A stretch of DNA of 64,000 bases from Trichinella spiralis (Eukaryota): the NCBI RefSeq assembly GCF_000181795.1, contig NW_003526948.1, positions 943,444 to 1,007,443 on the forward strand. Direction: 5' to 3'. Positions 11,469-25,451 of the stretch are shown piece by piece. Below the pieces are notes generated by a model. It did no database searches. It had not been told where the DNA came from and saw only the letters and a program-made list of their open reading frames with translations. Each line of letters begins with the position of its first letter. Position 1 is the stretch's first letter. Made by a program: the position numbers and the translations under genes.

Positions 11469-13984
11469 CCATGCATCACATTTTTGAAGAAGAGCAATAC
11501 GAAATAAAATATTGTGCTTCAGAAGATCTTGCCGAACATGAAAAAGGAACATGTAGATTTTACACAATGATAATTGATGCTGGCAGCACAGGAACAAGAT
11601 TGGAAATTTTTGAATTTTCACACAATCCGTCGAATCCATGTAAAATTGTTGCGTTTCTTAATGTTTCAATACATATTTTCCTTTTCAGCTATTCCTTTTA
11701 AATTGCAAAAAGAACTGTTCGTCGAAAGGAATCCTGGTTTATCTTCATATTCATCTGTTCCAAAAGATGTAAGTATTACTCTATAACTATTAAATGCCGA
11801 AAGTTTGCTCCGAACACTTATTTTATAAATTCCAAACGCGCACAGCAGCATTTCTAATTTTTAATATCTGCATTCAGCTTTTTAAACAAATCACAGTTTT
11901 CAAGACTTGCGATATGTTATTTCAGCTATAAATATCAAGATAATCATGCAAAATTTTCTTGATGAGCAAATCTCATTTATTGATTTAACTTAAAATATTG
12001 TAAATATCCATATCAGCTCAGTTATTAAAAAAATTTTGTCACTTCCAAAATTTGTAGTTTCAAATGAAATGATTTCGAAATTTTCTAGGCAGCTGCTGTT
12101 GTTGCTGATCTCATGGAAGAAGCAAAACTTGCAATCCCTAAATGGCTTTGGAAACATAGTCCAGTTGCTCTTCGTGCTACAGCCGGCTTTCGGTTACTTC
12201 CTGAAGAAACAGTTAAAATTATATTGCAGGAAGTAAGTGATTGACAGTTTTGTTAACTTTATTCATTTATTTTATCAAATGTTAAATATTTGTCTATTTT
12301 TACTGGAAGGCATGAGAAAATGGGTTTCTTTCAATATATATGTTCAGTATAGTCCTTAGTTATCTAATTATACTGATAATAAATCGTTCAGATGATGTCA
12401 AATATTAAAGATCATGTCACTAATGATTTGTAGTTTGGATTGCACATTTTTTAATTCATGGCATTATACGTGTTTCTGCAAATGTTGCTCTGCATTACAG
12501 ATTGAAACTGTTTTGCGTGATTCACCATTTTTGACTGGAGAAGATCCGGCTACAGTTCTTGATGGAACTGATGAAGGCATTTTTGGTTGGTTTACTCTGA
12601 ATTATTTATTGGATCGTCTAGAAAGTTCCATGCAAGAATCTAATGGTATTAAAAAGTTTGACTGTTTAATGATACTTATTATTCACAAACAAATGAATAT
12701 ATACAGCACAGCGTTCAACCATCGGTGAAAAATTAAGCGCTGCGGCTTTTGATCTCGGTGGCGGTTCAACTCAAGTGACCTTCATTTTGAGAGGTAGTGA
12801 GGAGCAGTATCCATTTTCATTTATCAAAGAAATAACATTGTTTTCAAAAAAAGTGAAACTTTATTCACACAGGTAATTCCATTCTGCACTAAAATGAATC
12901 TAAATGCTATATGCAGAAAAAATTATTTTTCAGTTATCTTGGAAACGGCGTCATGGCTTCTCGACTTAACATTTTGCGCATATCAGGAAAATCAACAGGA
13001 ACAGTGATTTCTCCTTGCATAGCTGTTGCTGATGATCTGAACTGGAAATTTCAAGAAACAAACTATAGAATACTGTAGTATTCCGTTTTTTAATTTTTAA
13101 TGATTTTCCTACATATACTTTCTTATGTATTACAGCGGCAGTTCCGAATATGGTTTTGACAACTGTTACAAAAATGTTCGAAAGCATGTTTATCTGTCTT
13201 CTATACACGATGCTGGTCGTTTCATTCTGGGCGATTTATACGCATTTGGTTATTTTTACAATCATGCTTTAAGAATTGGTATAATTAGCACCCAGGGAGG
13301 GAATGTCACTGCTGCTCAGTTTTTGGTCGCTGCTAAAAAGGGTAAATTTGATTAAAGTTAAATTTTATAATTTATAAATTGTTCTGTAAAATGAGTTTAT
13401 TTCTTTATGGTTGTATTGTAATATTTAATGGAACCCATTATGATTCATTTAATATTTGATATAAACTGAATTTTTCATTGGTGAAAAAATAAATTTGGAT
13501 GATTTTTGTATGCAAGTATAATTTTGTTGTGGGATTATAATTTGTTAATATTTTTAATTTAGCATGTTCAAGAACAGAGAAGTTTAATAATGATTCCTGG
13601 AAACCTTGGCAGTGTTTAGATCTAACATACATCTATTCACTTCTAGTTGACGGTTATGGTATTGCAGCTGATCGCAATATTACAGTAACTTTTGCTTCTT
13701 TCTATTTATACATTGCATAAATTTCAAAGTATTTTTTTTGTATTTGATAGATTGTGAAAAAATTACGTGGTATGGAGATGAGTTGGGCTCTTGGCGCAGC
13801 GCATCATCTAATAAATACATTTCATGAAAGCAAATCAAGAAACAATACAATCATTGAAAACGATTTGAATGAACGCATCTCTGAACAGCTAACGCAGACT
13901 TGTACAAACTATTGGTCAGAATTTCAAACTTACCTTCTTAGTTGTTTTTACAATTTAATGTCCTTGTTTGATTTATTTGAATGA
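11469..13984 (+). CDS. ENTPD5/6-like nucleoside diphosphatase (GDA1/CD39 family); 5' end unresolved
   Basis: All five apyrase conserved regions across spliced exons: IDAGSTGTR, ATAGFR, DGTDEG, DLGGGSTQ, SWALG. Also YLGNG and WQCLDLTYI. Confidence 0.92.
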
Positions 13985-14272
13985 ATGTGAAAATGTTTCC
14001 CAATTTTAACAACTCCATTCAATTTCAAATATTTTGTTTAATTATAGAGTAATTATGTGATATGATTGAAATTATTATCACTTAAGAGGAAAAATGTCTA
14101 CGTACGACGAACTTGAATAAGTTACACTAAAATAAATTTGCTTAACAATACAGATGATATCGTTGATTGTTAGAATAGTAATTTTCGTGGAAAAGTTTTA
14201 TTAAATACGCTACTTCCAAAGTACACAGATCTAACATCAATCAAGTCAAGAATGATCATGGTAAGATAATGT

Positions 14273-15895
14273 TTAATGATGTTGTGATGACAATCGTTCA
14301 AGCATTGCTATTTTCCTTCTTAAACTGTACGGTTCTACAAATATTAACAATACAGTCAGGACGTACAACAGAAAAAGAATAATAAACCATACAATAGCAG
14401 TCGGTTGCATTGGAATTGGCATACAACCGAAAATTGAATCGTCAACTACAACTTTCAAAGAGTGAAAATAATTCAAAAGTGCTTTGAGCATGTTTTGTAC
14501 AGTGTCAACTCTATCAATGGAACTGAACAACAGTTCAATTCCGCTGAGAAACTTTTGCCTATCAATTGTTGTTAATTTTTCCATTGTATCAAGCCGATAA
14601 CGTTGTTTGTTGAATACAATTCCATCATAAAAGAGTCGTTCAATTGTTAACAAGCAAGCTGTGAAGCTCAAATGCATCGCAATGTAAATAAATTCCGATA
14701 CTGAGATGAACTTTTCATTCATTATCGACTTTTTCAATTGCTCAAAATCATGTGGATAAGATAACACTTGAAAATAATTCCAACATGACACTATTATTGG
14801 TGTTAAAACGGAAATTGAAAGAAATGCATATTTCACAACTGACATAACCCAACTTACTGTAGACAAGGATGAATTACTGAAACTGCTTTCACATTGATTC
14901 TCAATTGCAGTTTGAGAAGCAGAAACTTGAAACAACGAATCGTCTAGTTCTAGAGAATGAGAGAAAAAGTGACGAAATTTTGTCATTAACTTTAAACTAT
15001 TTTCAGCGCTTGATTTTAAATTTTTGTACGTATTCGACGCACTGTGACAGGCACTTTCAGCAGCTTTAATTGGCCGACACATTGGCAGAGTTAAACTAAG
15101 TTGCTGACAAAAATTGGCAGGGAAATTAATCAGCTTATGAAAAGCATCCAAATTTATCTTCACTTTTTCATTGATACCATTATTATTTTGACGTATTTGT
15201 TCCAAATATTGAAACTGTTCCTCGTTGAATAAATGATTTCTCGTTGACATCTTCAATATATCTTCGCAATACTCTTTTACCGCGGCCACTTGCTGACTAC
15301 AATGTTGGTAAATGTTATTCAATGTTTCAATACAGCTTGCTTTGATTTCATTTTCAGAAGCAAGTATCGAGTCGATTTGATGATTCAATGTGCCCATGTG
15401 ATTCAACAAAGGCAAGATGGTTGTGTCGACTGATGTCGCAATTTTCTGCCAAATTTCTCCACTATCATTTATACGTTTGTACATGCGAAAAAATGCATTA
15501 TCGTACGCACTCTGCAAATGTTGTTGTTCAAGGATACCACGACTTTGGGCACAACTGATAGCACCATTAACGCGTACCACGTTCTCTATCATACCTTCAC
15601 CAGGCCCTCCCACACAAAGGCTGAACAACAATGCCAAAACTGTCGCACGACCTGAACAACTGGCCATATTCAATAATGACAATTTTGAAATAAGCTGCAT
15701 TTTTTGAAAAAACCCTGATACAAATGCAACAAGCACAACGCAGCTTAAACCGATTGATAAGGAAATTTTCACATTAATTCTCTCCTGCCAAACGCACCAA
15801 ATAACAATCACCGTTCCAAGCCACAAACCATAAGCCGTAGAAATCATCATCTTTTGCAATTCATTTCGACAACAAATATTGAATCTCAACGCCAT
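14273..15895 (-). CDS. Intronless DC-STAMP-family multipass membrane protein (DCST/SPE-42/SPE-49-related), 540 aa
   Basis: Uninterrupted ORF with N-terminal TMs, the motif GRATVLALLFSLCVGGP..MIENV...ISC, a Cys-containing large loop, and CMPIPMQP before a last TM followed by LRRKIA. This layout matches the DC-STAMP family by recognition. Confidence 0.75.
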   Translation of the reverse strand: MALRFNICCRNELQKMMISTAYGLWLGTVIVIWCVWQERINVKISLSIGLSCVVLVAFVSGFFQKMQLISKLSLLNMASCSGRATVLALLFSLCVGGPGEGMIENVVRVNGAISCAQSRGILEQQHLQSAYDNAFFRMYKRINDSGEIWQKIATSVDTTILPLLNHMGTLNHQIDSILASENEIKASCIETLNNIYQHCSQQVAAVKEYCEDILKMSTRNHLFNEEQFQYLEQIRQNNNGINEKVKINLDAFHKLINFPANFCQQLSLTLPMCRPIKAAESACHSASNTYKNLKSSAENSLKLMTKFRHFFSHSLELDDSLFQVSASQTAIENQCESSFSNSSLSTVSWVMSVVKYAFLSISVLTPIIVSCWNYFQVLSYPHDFEQLKKSIMNEKFISVSEFIYIAMHLSFTACLLTIERLFYDGIVFNKQRYRLDTMEKLTTIDRQKFLSGIELLFSSIDRVDTVQNMLKALLNYFHSLKVVVDDSIFGCMPIPMQPTAIVWFIILFLLYVLTVLLIFVEPYSLRRKIAMLERLSSQHH

Positions 15896-18800
15896 TGTTG
15901 CACATCAAACTGAGGTAATATTCAAATACATACATAAGAAAACAATTAAACAAACATACACATTCACTATATACAAAACATATCTTCAAATTATTAAAAG
16001 TCAACAATTAAACAAAAATAGAAAAAAAAGTGGTATTCGTTTTAAAATTAAAATCACACTGACATTACTGATTAAATTTAAATTCATTAATTCTATTCAT
16101 TTATTTACAAATAAGAACAAATTGCTTTACTTTTGTCCAATTCTTCCTTATTATTATTATTCTTCTTTTTGCTATCTTTCGTCTTTGTTATTTTATTTTT
16201 AGAAAAAATTCAAATGATACTTCAAATGACAGTTGCTTTCATAACTTTAAACGTTTCATTGAACATTTATAATGGGTGACTGTCTTCAATTGGAATAAAC
16301 ACTGTTTTGTTGCGCAATAATCTCAAACTGCTGCTAATCACAATTTCAATGCAATATAAGCAAATAATGATCAAAACAACCATTCTTATCAATCACTCGG
16401 ATGCATGCTTGGTCTAATGTCAACAATTCATTGCCGTCATTGTTTACTTCTTCTTTCGTGTATGTGATGAAAGCGTTAGATTCATTTTGCACAAACATAA
16501 AGACTTTCTAACAATTTGCATTTATTAACAAATGAATCATTTATAATTAAATTGGTTCACGATCTTCCAGAAATGAATTCAGAATATTATAATCAAAATT
16601 AAACATCTCTTTTCATAAGATCAATTGAATAAAAACTCTGAATTTACAAAAGCTTTGCACAATTAATTTTACTGCTGCTGCATTTCTTACTAGTGCTATA
16701 AGTACGTTGTAAAAAAATATCAATTTTTATTATATATTATAATACTTTCATCTGACAAAAAAGGAAAAGTTAATATGGTAAATCAAAGAACTATTGATGC
16801 TTGTGACATAATACTTACAAATCATAATTTACAGTACATATTGTTCGTATCTTCAAACAGTACCTGACTACAGTTTACTTTAAATTGCTCACACTATACA
16901 GACAATGCAGCATTCACATCTGTCAACATAACTGCAAATAAATTTCTCTTTTTTTTTCTTTTTTTCCGATTATCTTAATAATGCCTATATATTTTCATCA
17001 ACAAGTTGCAGCTGTATCAATATTTCGCACTATTCTGCTGTGCGGAATAAAATTCAACAATAAATGTTCAACAATTTTCTAGAAACCACTTCCCGTAAAA
17101 AGCATACACCTAAACACAGTTCCGTGCGTCTAATATCTGACATGAGAAATTCCAACTGAACTATTTAAATTTAATATTAAAGAGAAACATTCATCATGTT
17201 CACATCATGTACTGGAAAAAAGATAATTTCAACCACAGATTTTTTTTCCTCAGTAATAGAAACTGATTATTATAAAGTACACCTATCCTGCAATGTCAAC
17301 TGAAGTATTTGTCATTCAATGTACATTCAGCTTTTCTCATTCTTAAAAACTCTATCATCCAAAACGAAACTTATACTGGGTAAAACATTCCAAGAATGAT
17401 ATAATTCACTTCATTTCGATTCTACATGATTCATTTCTCATGTAAATTATAACTGTATGTTATAAATAACAACATTTTGTTTTGAGTATTTTACCGAATT
17501 TGTAAATGAATGAAAAACATGAATAATTATGTTGAAATATTATCTAAAGTAAAGAACAACAATATTACCGGAATTGCATGAAAGGCGAAACATCCATTAC
17601 ATGTCACTCTAGTATAAAGAAGTGCGTAGGTTGTCAAAGCACGATGAACATTCGAAAGCAAGCAATCAAAAATAAAATCTTATTTCTCCATATGACCCCA
17701 GTCGCAAAAGCCTGAAGATAAATATAATTGTGGTTAGTTCAATAAAAGCTCAAAAATGTAAATGCTAAATTTCTGTATACATAAAAAGATATCTTTTCAC
17801 TTACATGTGTCAGGTAAAAGTTCCTGCATCACAATGACCGAAATTACAGTACCGTAATCTTTTATTTCACCTAAAAATCATTTGACTGTAGCTTCATACT
17901 TTTTTTAAATTTTATTTCCATGCCTCCATCGTCACTTTCTCATGTTCAGTAACGCTGTGCTTTTTCTGCCGCTATTTTATAAACACTGCTTTTTTAATGT
18001 ATTTAATATTTTATGTATAATTATTTTCCAAATGCTTGAGTTTAGGCTAATCAGTGAAGCGCAGATTATATATTTAAAAAAAATAAGTGCTTTTGAATAT
18101 TGTAGCAATTTAAATTACAGCAATAGAATTTGACTTAATTTCATTTTCAAAATAATAAAATTTTATTTTAGCACAATCACATAACTATTGCAACCCTAGA
18201 AAAGCAGTACTTCAATGATAATTTTGCATAAATAATGTCGTAATGTTAAATTTCATGTTCTTTAAGTTTTTTCGCCTGCTTATATATGTCGTTGTGTTTG
18301 AATTGTTACTAATAATGTGAAATGTTTAATTTCTTTACGCTGAATCATTTGATAAATATGACAAGTTCTGTAAATTATTTTATGAATTAAAAAGATGATT
18401 TTTTAAAAAATCATCTTCATATTACACCTTCGTAGTTGGATTAAAAGAGTTCTTTTTAGTGTTATCATGCTTTTTATTATAAACAGAATTTGACACTTTC
18501 ATCAGGTGCTGATAATCGATTTACTCGTTTGTTATTTTTCAACTACTATTTGGCTTGCATCGTTTGTTTTGGGGGCGTTTGATAAATTGCTGCTTGTTGT
18601 GATAATTTGCTTGAAATGCAACTTTTCTTCGTTATTTCAATATTTTAGCAGCATTTTGGTTGATAAAACCAGCGTAAACAACTGTTGCAAAGAGGCATCT
18701 TTACATATTTACTTTTTTGTGAAAACTTTTACTTTTGGAAATGATGTTGAAGTAGGTTAGTCGTACTTCAGTTGAATACTGATTTTATCAAAATGTTGAA

Positions 18801-19063
18801 GAATAGCATTTTGTGATTTGTCAAAATCTGAAGGTCGTCAGTCTGCAATAGTCAGGCTGTTCAGTGCATCGACCGTTTGTGTGTGTCCTTTTGGAAACTA
18901 GGAATGTTCAGTGCGTGGCGGTTTTCACGTCACAATCAAGCATTGATTTTTTCAGATTACCCAAAGGCAAATTATTTTTCCAACTTTCTTCCATTTTGTC
19001 GTAGCTGTTTGCATTTACAGTAGGATAGCTACGTTTAATACTACATATTTATTTATATTGCAG

Positions 19064-21434
19064 ATGAATCGTTCTTCGATCTCCACTGCCGACAACATGC
19101 AGTGGACGGGAAATCCATTCGAACATTTTGTCAGTATCGCACCCAAGGATAGGCTGAAAGTAATTTTACTATTTATTTCCCTTTTTTTTCCACTGCTTAT
19201 TTTTCTTTCTAGTACGCTTTCATGTCAATTGTTTTGGCGCCGATCAGAATAGCATTAGCAGGAATTATGTTCGGCATGGCCTACATGGCAGCAATAATAA
19301 CATTATTCACACTGGACACAAGCTTTGAACATCCTCTAAATGGGTGGAGACAGTATGTGCTTATTCTTTTTCTCATTGTCATCAACCAATAATTAATTAC
19401 CCGTTTATTTGAAAATTGAATTAAAAGATATAACATGATTAGTCTCTTGTGGAATTTTGTCCAACTCAGTTGCAATTTAAACCCTTTGTCAACGTTGACT
19501 CGTATTTCGCTGACTATTTGTTTCGCAGGATGAGCAAAGACATTGTTGCTCAACTAGTAATTATGAGTCATTTCATGATGGGCTTTCATCGTGTTAAAGT
19601 GAAAGGTCGAAGAGCTTTGCCAACTGAAGCTCCCATTCTTGTAATAGCACCTCATTCTTCTTTTTTTGATACTCTTCCATTCTGTTGCATTGGAGCACCA
19701 TCCGTTGTTGGTAAAAAAAGTTTAATGAAAATTCCATTTTTTGGAAGTATACTTTTCTGTAAACAACTAGTTTCCATTTTATTTCTCATTTATGCATATG
19801 TTCAGAATTATTGTCTTTGACTAAACCAATTTTGGTCGACAGAAACGAGAAAGGTTCACGATCGTCGGCAGCTCATGAATTGAAACAAAGAGCCAATTTG
19901 GTATTTAACGGTGCAAAAAACAACGGTATGCAATGGCCCCAGATTGCCATTTTTCCTGAAGGTACTTGTACAAATCGGTCTCAGTTAATTTCTTTTAAGC
20001 CAGGTATATTTTTAAATAATTCTTTCCATTTCACTTTTTTAATTTCAATTATCGTTAGGAGCTTTCATGACACAGCTTCCTGTTCAACCGGTATGTTTAA
20101 GGTGGCCAAATAAGTACGATTTCATATCGTGGACTTGGGAAGGAACTGCTCCGTAAGAGACATAACATAACATCTTTTAACCGTTGCATTTTTTCGAAAA
20201 ATTTAATTGAAATATTTAATCTTTTTTAAGTTTGAAACTTTTTTGGCTCAGTGTATGTCAGTTGCAGACAAATTTAGAAATTGAAGTAATACATGGAAAT
20301 ATTTGATGCGCGTATTTTTTATCTTATTTTTGCAGTATATTTTTTTTAAGTTCTTACCTGTATATGTGCCAAATGAAGCTGAAAAAGGAGATGCTAATTT
20401 GTATGCACGTAACGTTCGGGCAGTAATGGCGCGGTGATTATAAAAATATTAATTCTCTTCCAAATTTACAAACAAATGGAAATATTTGTTTTCTTTACAT
20501 TTGAAGTTGTTTGCAAATTCCTACCGATGATTATTATGTGGAAGATGCACGCTTTCTTACGTTGCATGGAAAAGGCAAGCTGGAGGAATTTTTTGATTTA
20601 TTAAATCGTTTAAAGTAAGCAATTAAATTTCCTTTCTTAAATAACTGTGATGTTTCATTATTTCAATGATGAGTAATGTGACAAAAAAACTGTTTACTGC
20701 TTGGTTTCGACATTTCATTATTTATTGATTTAAGCATGTCTTTATCACTGGATGAAGATTTGCACAGTTTGATAGCTGTATGGAATTATTTGCGGCATTC
20801 GGAATTTTCAGCGAAGCATTTTGCCGTTACGTACAATGAATTTCAATCCTATTTGCACTTTCCCAAAGATCAGATATCACTACGTCGTGTATTCAACATT
20901 ATGGACTGGGTATAAAGGCAGAAAATAAAATGAGAAAAACTTATCCCATTGAAAGACTGTTTTGTAGCAATGTTGTCGAAGAATTGATCTACGAGAATTT
21001 TGGCTTGTTTGTTTTTCAAAAAAATACACATCGCCAATTTATTTGGATTATTGTCAAAAAGTTATTCTATATTTATTGTTATTATGTAATTATTTGAGAG
21101 TGATTTGAACGGTTTATTTTCCATTTAGATGTTTTCAACTACAGTGGAGTGTTTGAGTGAGGTGGATTTTGTGAAAATTGTTCGATTACCTTACGAACTA
21201 TCTGTCGCAGAAGCTAGACAATTGTATCAGAAACGGAAACGGTTTTTTTCTTCTCAGGAAAGAATTTCATCATCTGGTGAGAAATTGAAAATGAAACAAT
21301 CATTCGGCTCTTTTCTATTATTATAATTTCCAGATGATGATTTCCAAAAACCGATGATAGTGGAAAGGAAAAAATTTTCATCGTTCAATTTTCCACCCAT
21401 TTTTCTCAGACGTCGTTGCATTGAAGTTTATTGA
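19064..21434 (+). CDS. Lysophosphatidylcholine acyltransferase (LPCAT1/2-like)
   Basis: NPF N-terminal motif, APHSSFFD (HxxxxD), IFPEGTCTNR, FKPGAF, PVQPV, FLPVYVPNEAEK...YARNVR, and a degenerate EF-hand-like C-terminus. Confidence 0.92.
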
Positions 21435-21923
21435 CGATCGGCTACAGTTAACATTATTATTCTACTGTCAGCTTTTCATGCAAGAAAATATTTTCAATTT
21501 TTAATTGTTTCATTTCTACTATTACAAATAACCGTGTTATCACATTACACTTCTTTTTGTAACAACGTTTCCACTGTTGTCGACGTTACAACGGGTTGTT
21601 ATTTCACCCTGCCACTTTCTACTCGAATAACAACAAGTCATTTTACATTGCTTCAACGACTGATTGCCGCATGACTATTATCATGTTTAATATGATGATC
21701 ATGATATGATAATGCATTGGAAATTCATTTCAACCCAGTCAATTCAAATTGTAAACATGTATGATTCTATTATAAACAACTGAAAGTAGTGGCAGATGTT
21801 TGCTGAAATAACTTATTGAATTCAAAAATCAACTGTATTAGCATGTCACAACAGTGTACTGTATAAATTGACTGTTTTGTTTTGTGTTTTTTTCCCTGAT
21901 AAATTTTTAAATGTTCACCACTC

Positions 21924-21951
21924 ACTTGACTTGACTTGACTTGACTTAACT
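21924..21951. repeat. (ACTTG)n pentanucleotide repeat
   Basis: cacttgacttgacttgacttgacttaac read directly. Confidence 0.85.
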
Positions 21952-22993
21952 ATTGGCTTTCACAAATGTTTATTTATCAATGAGAGAACGGTAGATGTAA
22001 TGCAAACGTGATGATGAATAATATTTTTCAGCTTCGATCTAATCTAACTTTTCAAATGAAAAATACAAGCCAAAATTTCTAATATTTGCAGTAAAGAAAC
22101 TTAACAGCCGTGTGACGAAAATGTTGTGTAAAAGTTCATTCATTAAACATTTTACAATGGGATCAATTGTACTTCCATACTATGTTTGGTTTGAAAGTTA
22201 TAAATATAACAATGCAAAAAAGTGAGCTTTATAATATGTAGATAAAATTAATTATAATAATCATATTATGAGGTGATAAAATAAACGACTATTGTTGCAT
22301 AAAGTAAAAACTAACAGTAACAATTCTAAGCCTAAATAACTTCTACCGCATCCTGTGGTTAAATTTAAATTCAAGTATGAGATCTTTAACAAAGTAAAAA
22401 CAAATCGTACCTTGAAATCTTTGACTTTAATATGCTTATGTTGAAATTCCAGTGAAGAGTAAATTAAAATTGTAAGAAAGTATTTGTTGAATGGTTCGTA
22501 TCAAACATGGAAGTCCAACAATTAATATGAGCAGTTATCAACTTACTGTGTACATATACAGTAATCTGACATTAAGGTATAATTATTAATCAGTATACAA
22601 TTGCCTATCTTTGACTGTAGTTCTTTTACATATTAATCATTATAATTGAATTATGTTTTATCAAATAAAATGTGAATTATTTGTATGATTTAATATTTAT
22701 TCTATTTAACAATTTTCTATTTGACGTAGTGTCGTTTAATAGCTTTTTTCTTTAAGTAAATAGCTTCTGTTTGATGTTTGTAAAAAAGTAAACACTTGCT
22801 TCCTTATTTTCTTCAACAATTTCATTCACTTCAGAAATAACGACTGTTTATCACATGACAGAATGTTCCAGGTCATATAATACAGTTTGAAAATTTATCA
22901 TAAAAAATAAAAGGTTCCGTTTGTAATTTATCGTTTCTAGCTGCAATCAAGAAATATTTTTATTAAATGAAATAAAAATGTAGAAAAACAAGT

Positions 22994-25451
22994 TCAACAA
23001 CGTTCGAATATTTTATACAGTTCAGGAAGATCTGTAAGTTTAAAAATTTTTCTATCGGTGACCAATTGTGTAGGCGGTAAAAATTTCGCCTTCAGTGCTC
23101 TGCATAGCACATTTTCTATGGTCCATTTCCACGAAACCGGCTGTATCAACGGAGATATAAGTTCATCTGAACAGTAAGTTGCTTTTAACGAATAAAATTT
23201 AGCAGTCTGTCTGGCAAACGTGTCAAAGCATTCCTTTTCATGAAACCAATTCACATTGCAAAGCAAATTCATCAAATAATGTGGCAAACCTTCTATTTGT
23301 GGCAAATAATTTTTAACAAGCATCGGCAACGATATTAAATAATCGTCTTTGATTTCCAACGCAAAGTAATCCCACAACATTTGCGCTTTTGCATTGAACA
23401 ACTGTACAGCCTTTTCCAGATCAACGTTCTGCTGCGAAATGCCATTTGATGGTGAAGATTCAGTCCGAGAAGCTTTCTGAACTTGAATTGCAATATTTAA
23501 TAAATTTCGAATAGAAACTGGTTCGGTCATACGAAACGAATCAAGATTACCAAATCGCATTATTAAAATCTAAATCAAAAAATTATTCATAAAATTATAG
23601 GCATTTCAAAAAAATATACATTATAAAAAAGATAACCATATTACTTGATAAAACAGTTCCTCACTAATCACTTCCATATCAATCATGTACAAACTTGTTG
23701 AACATTGCATGAGTGTAAGTTTTGGATTTATGCAACCGACAAACGTGTGCGTACGAAAAAGATTTCTCATTTCTACTGAACTGTTTTCACAAATTTGTTG
23801 CTGCAACTCCAAAACAGATGTAAGATTCAGCACACGCTTAGTCACAGCTTTGGACTTCTCAAGCGCGAGCGAAGTGCTATTTATTTTATCCTAGAAACGA
23901 ACATTTCATAAAAATATTAAATTCAAAATATTAATATACTTTTTTTTCTGTGGATTGCTCAACTGCTTCAGAATTCAAATTGACAACAGAATCAGGAAAC
24001 GTTAAAATAATTTGTTCAGATGATAATGTGCTGGAAGTGTCCAAAAACTCATCTAATTTACGATCATTACAATCCACACGGACAATATGACAATCTTGAA
24101 CAGAAGTTGAAAGTGAGGTAGACAAAAATGAATCACAATTTGCACTTCTCCTTGGTCGTACTGTTTTCACGGCAAGAAAACTACGTGACTTATCTCCAGC
24201 TAACAACGTTTTATCGGCTGCTTGCAATATATTTTCCACAATATCAGATTCATTCATAAAGCTAATTTCAGCTTTGGTAGGATGTAAATTGACATCTACT
24301 AAATGTGGAGAAATTTCCATTGATATGTAAATAAATGGATAACACTGCTTTGGCAGGTAATTCGAATAAAGTGCCTGAAACCCTCTCTTCAATGCTAAAC
24401 ATTCTACCAGCCGGTTGTTGATAAACAAGCACAATGTGAACTTTTTCGAAGAATAGCTAGTGCTCGAAATTAGACCCTTAGCTTTAAAGCCTAATTTCGG
24501 TTCAGTGCAATCAAAAGCAATGAGCTCTTTGGCAACTGATGATCCAAAACATGTTGCCAACTTTTCGTTAGTACTACCTTGTGTTGTTGTCTTCAATTCG
24601 CTGATGTTTCTGTCTTCGCGCTTCAAACTAAAACCAATCGACGTAAAATGAATGGCAAATTTTGCAACCAAATCCACAATTCTATTCCATTCTTCGACAG
24701 AATTTTTCATCAATCTCTGTCGAACTGGATTATTGTAAAATAAATTTTCAACCGAAATTACAGTTCCTTGATTACTGGCTAAAGCTTTCGGTGGTTCAGT
24801 CATTTTTTCACCTAAAAGTAAACAAAAATGCAATTAACATTTTTTCATTTGAACAACATTACATTCACAAAATACTAAAGTCAAACAATACACAAATATG
24901 TGCGCATTTATTTTGAAAGCAATACCATTAAATCTACATTCATAACCAACAACAGAATCCAGTGTTTTCGACGTAACAGTAACGTGAGCAACGCAACATA
25001 TAGACGACAACGCTTCACCACGGAATCCCAGTGTTGAAATATTCAACAAATCTGTAAAATCTTCAAGTTTACTTGTAGCATGACGTTGACAAACCACGGG
25101 AAAATCATCACGACGGATTCCGCAACCGTTGTCCTAAGTAAAATAAATTATATGAAAACTGCGTCACTTCATCTGAAATTTAAATCAAACAAATTAGTTA
25201 TGATTGCATAAGCTAATTGAAAACCACACAAAGGTGCAAAAACTACAATTTCTATCGCTAATAATTACCTGAATTCGAATTAACTTCAGACCACCACCAG
25301 AAATTGAAATGTTTATTTGATTAGCGCCGGCATCGACGCTGTTCTCCATAAGCTCTTTCACAACATTCATAGGAGACAAAATTACTTCTCCTGCTGCAAT
25401 ACGGTCGATCACACATTTTTTCAAAGGTTTAATTGGACGAGTAGAATTCAT
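22994..25451 (-). CDS. MLH1: DNA mismatch repair protein MLH1
   Basis: [56 protein letters not shown], and C-terminal LYKIFERC. Confidence 0.97.

Noticed and set aside
16200..19000. Hidden gene or ncRNA between the DC-STAMP-like gene and LPCAT
   Set aside because: No convincing ORF, tRNA, snRNA or snoRNA signature by eye; probably UTR exons and promoters. An Infernal scan would be needed to exclude RNAs.
20666..20735. Box C/D snoRNA in an LPCAT intron (ATGATGA)
   Set aside because: No box D (CTGA) or terminal stem within the short intron.
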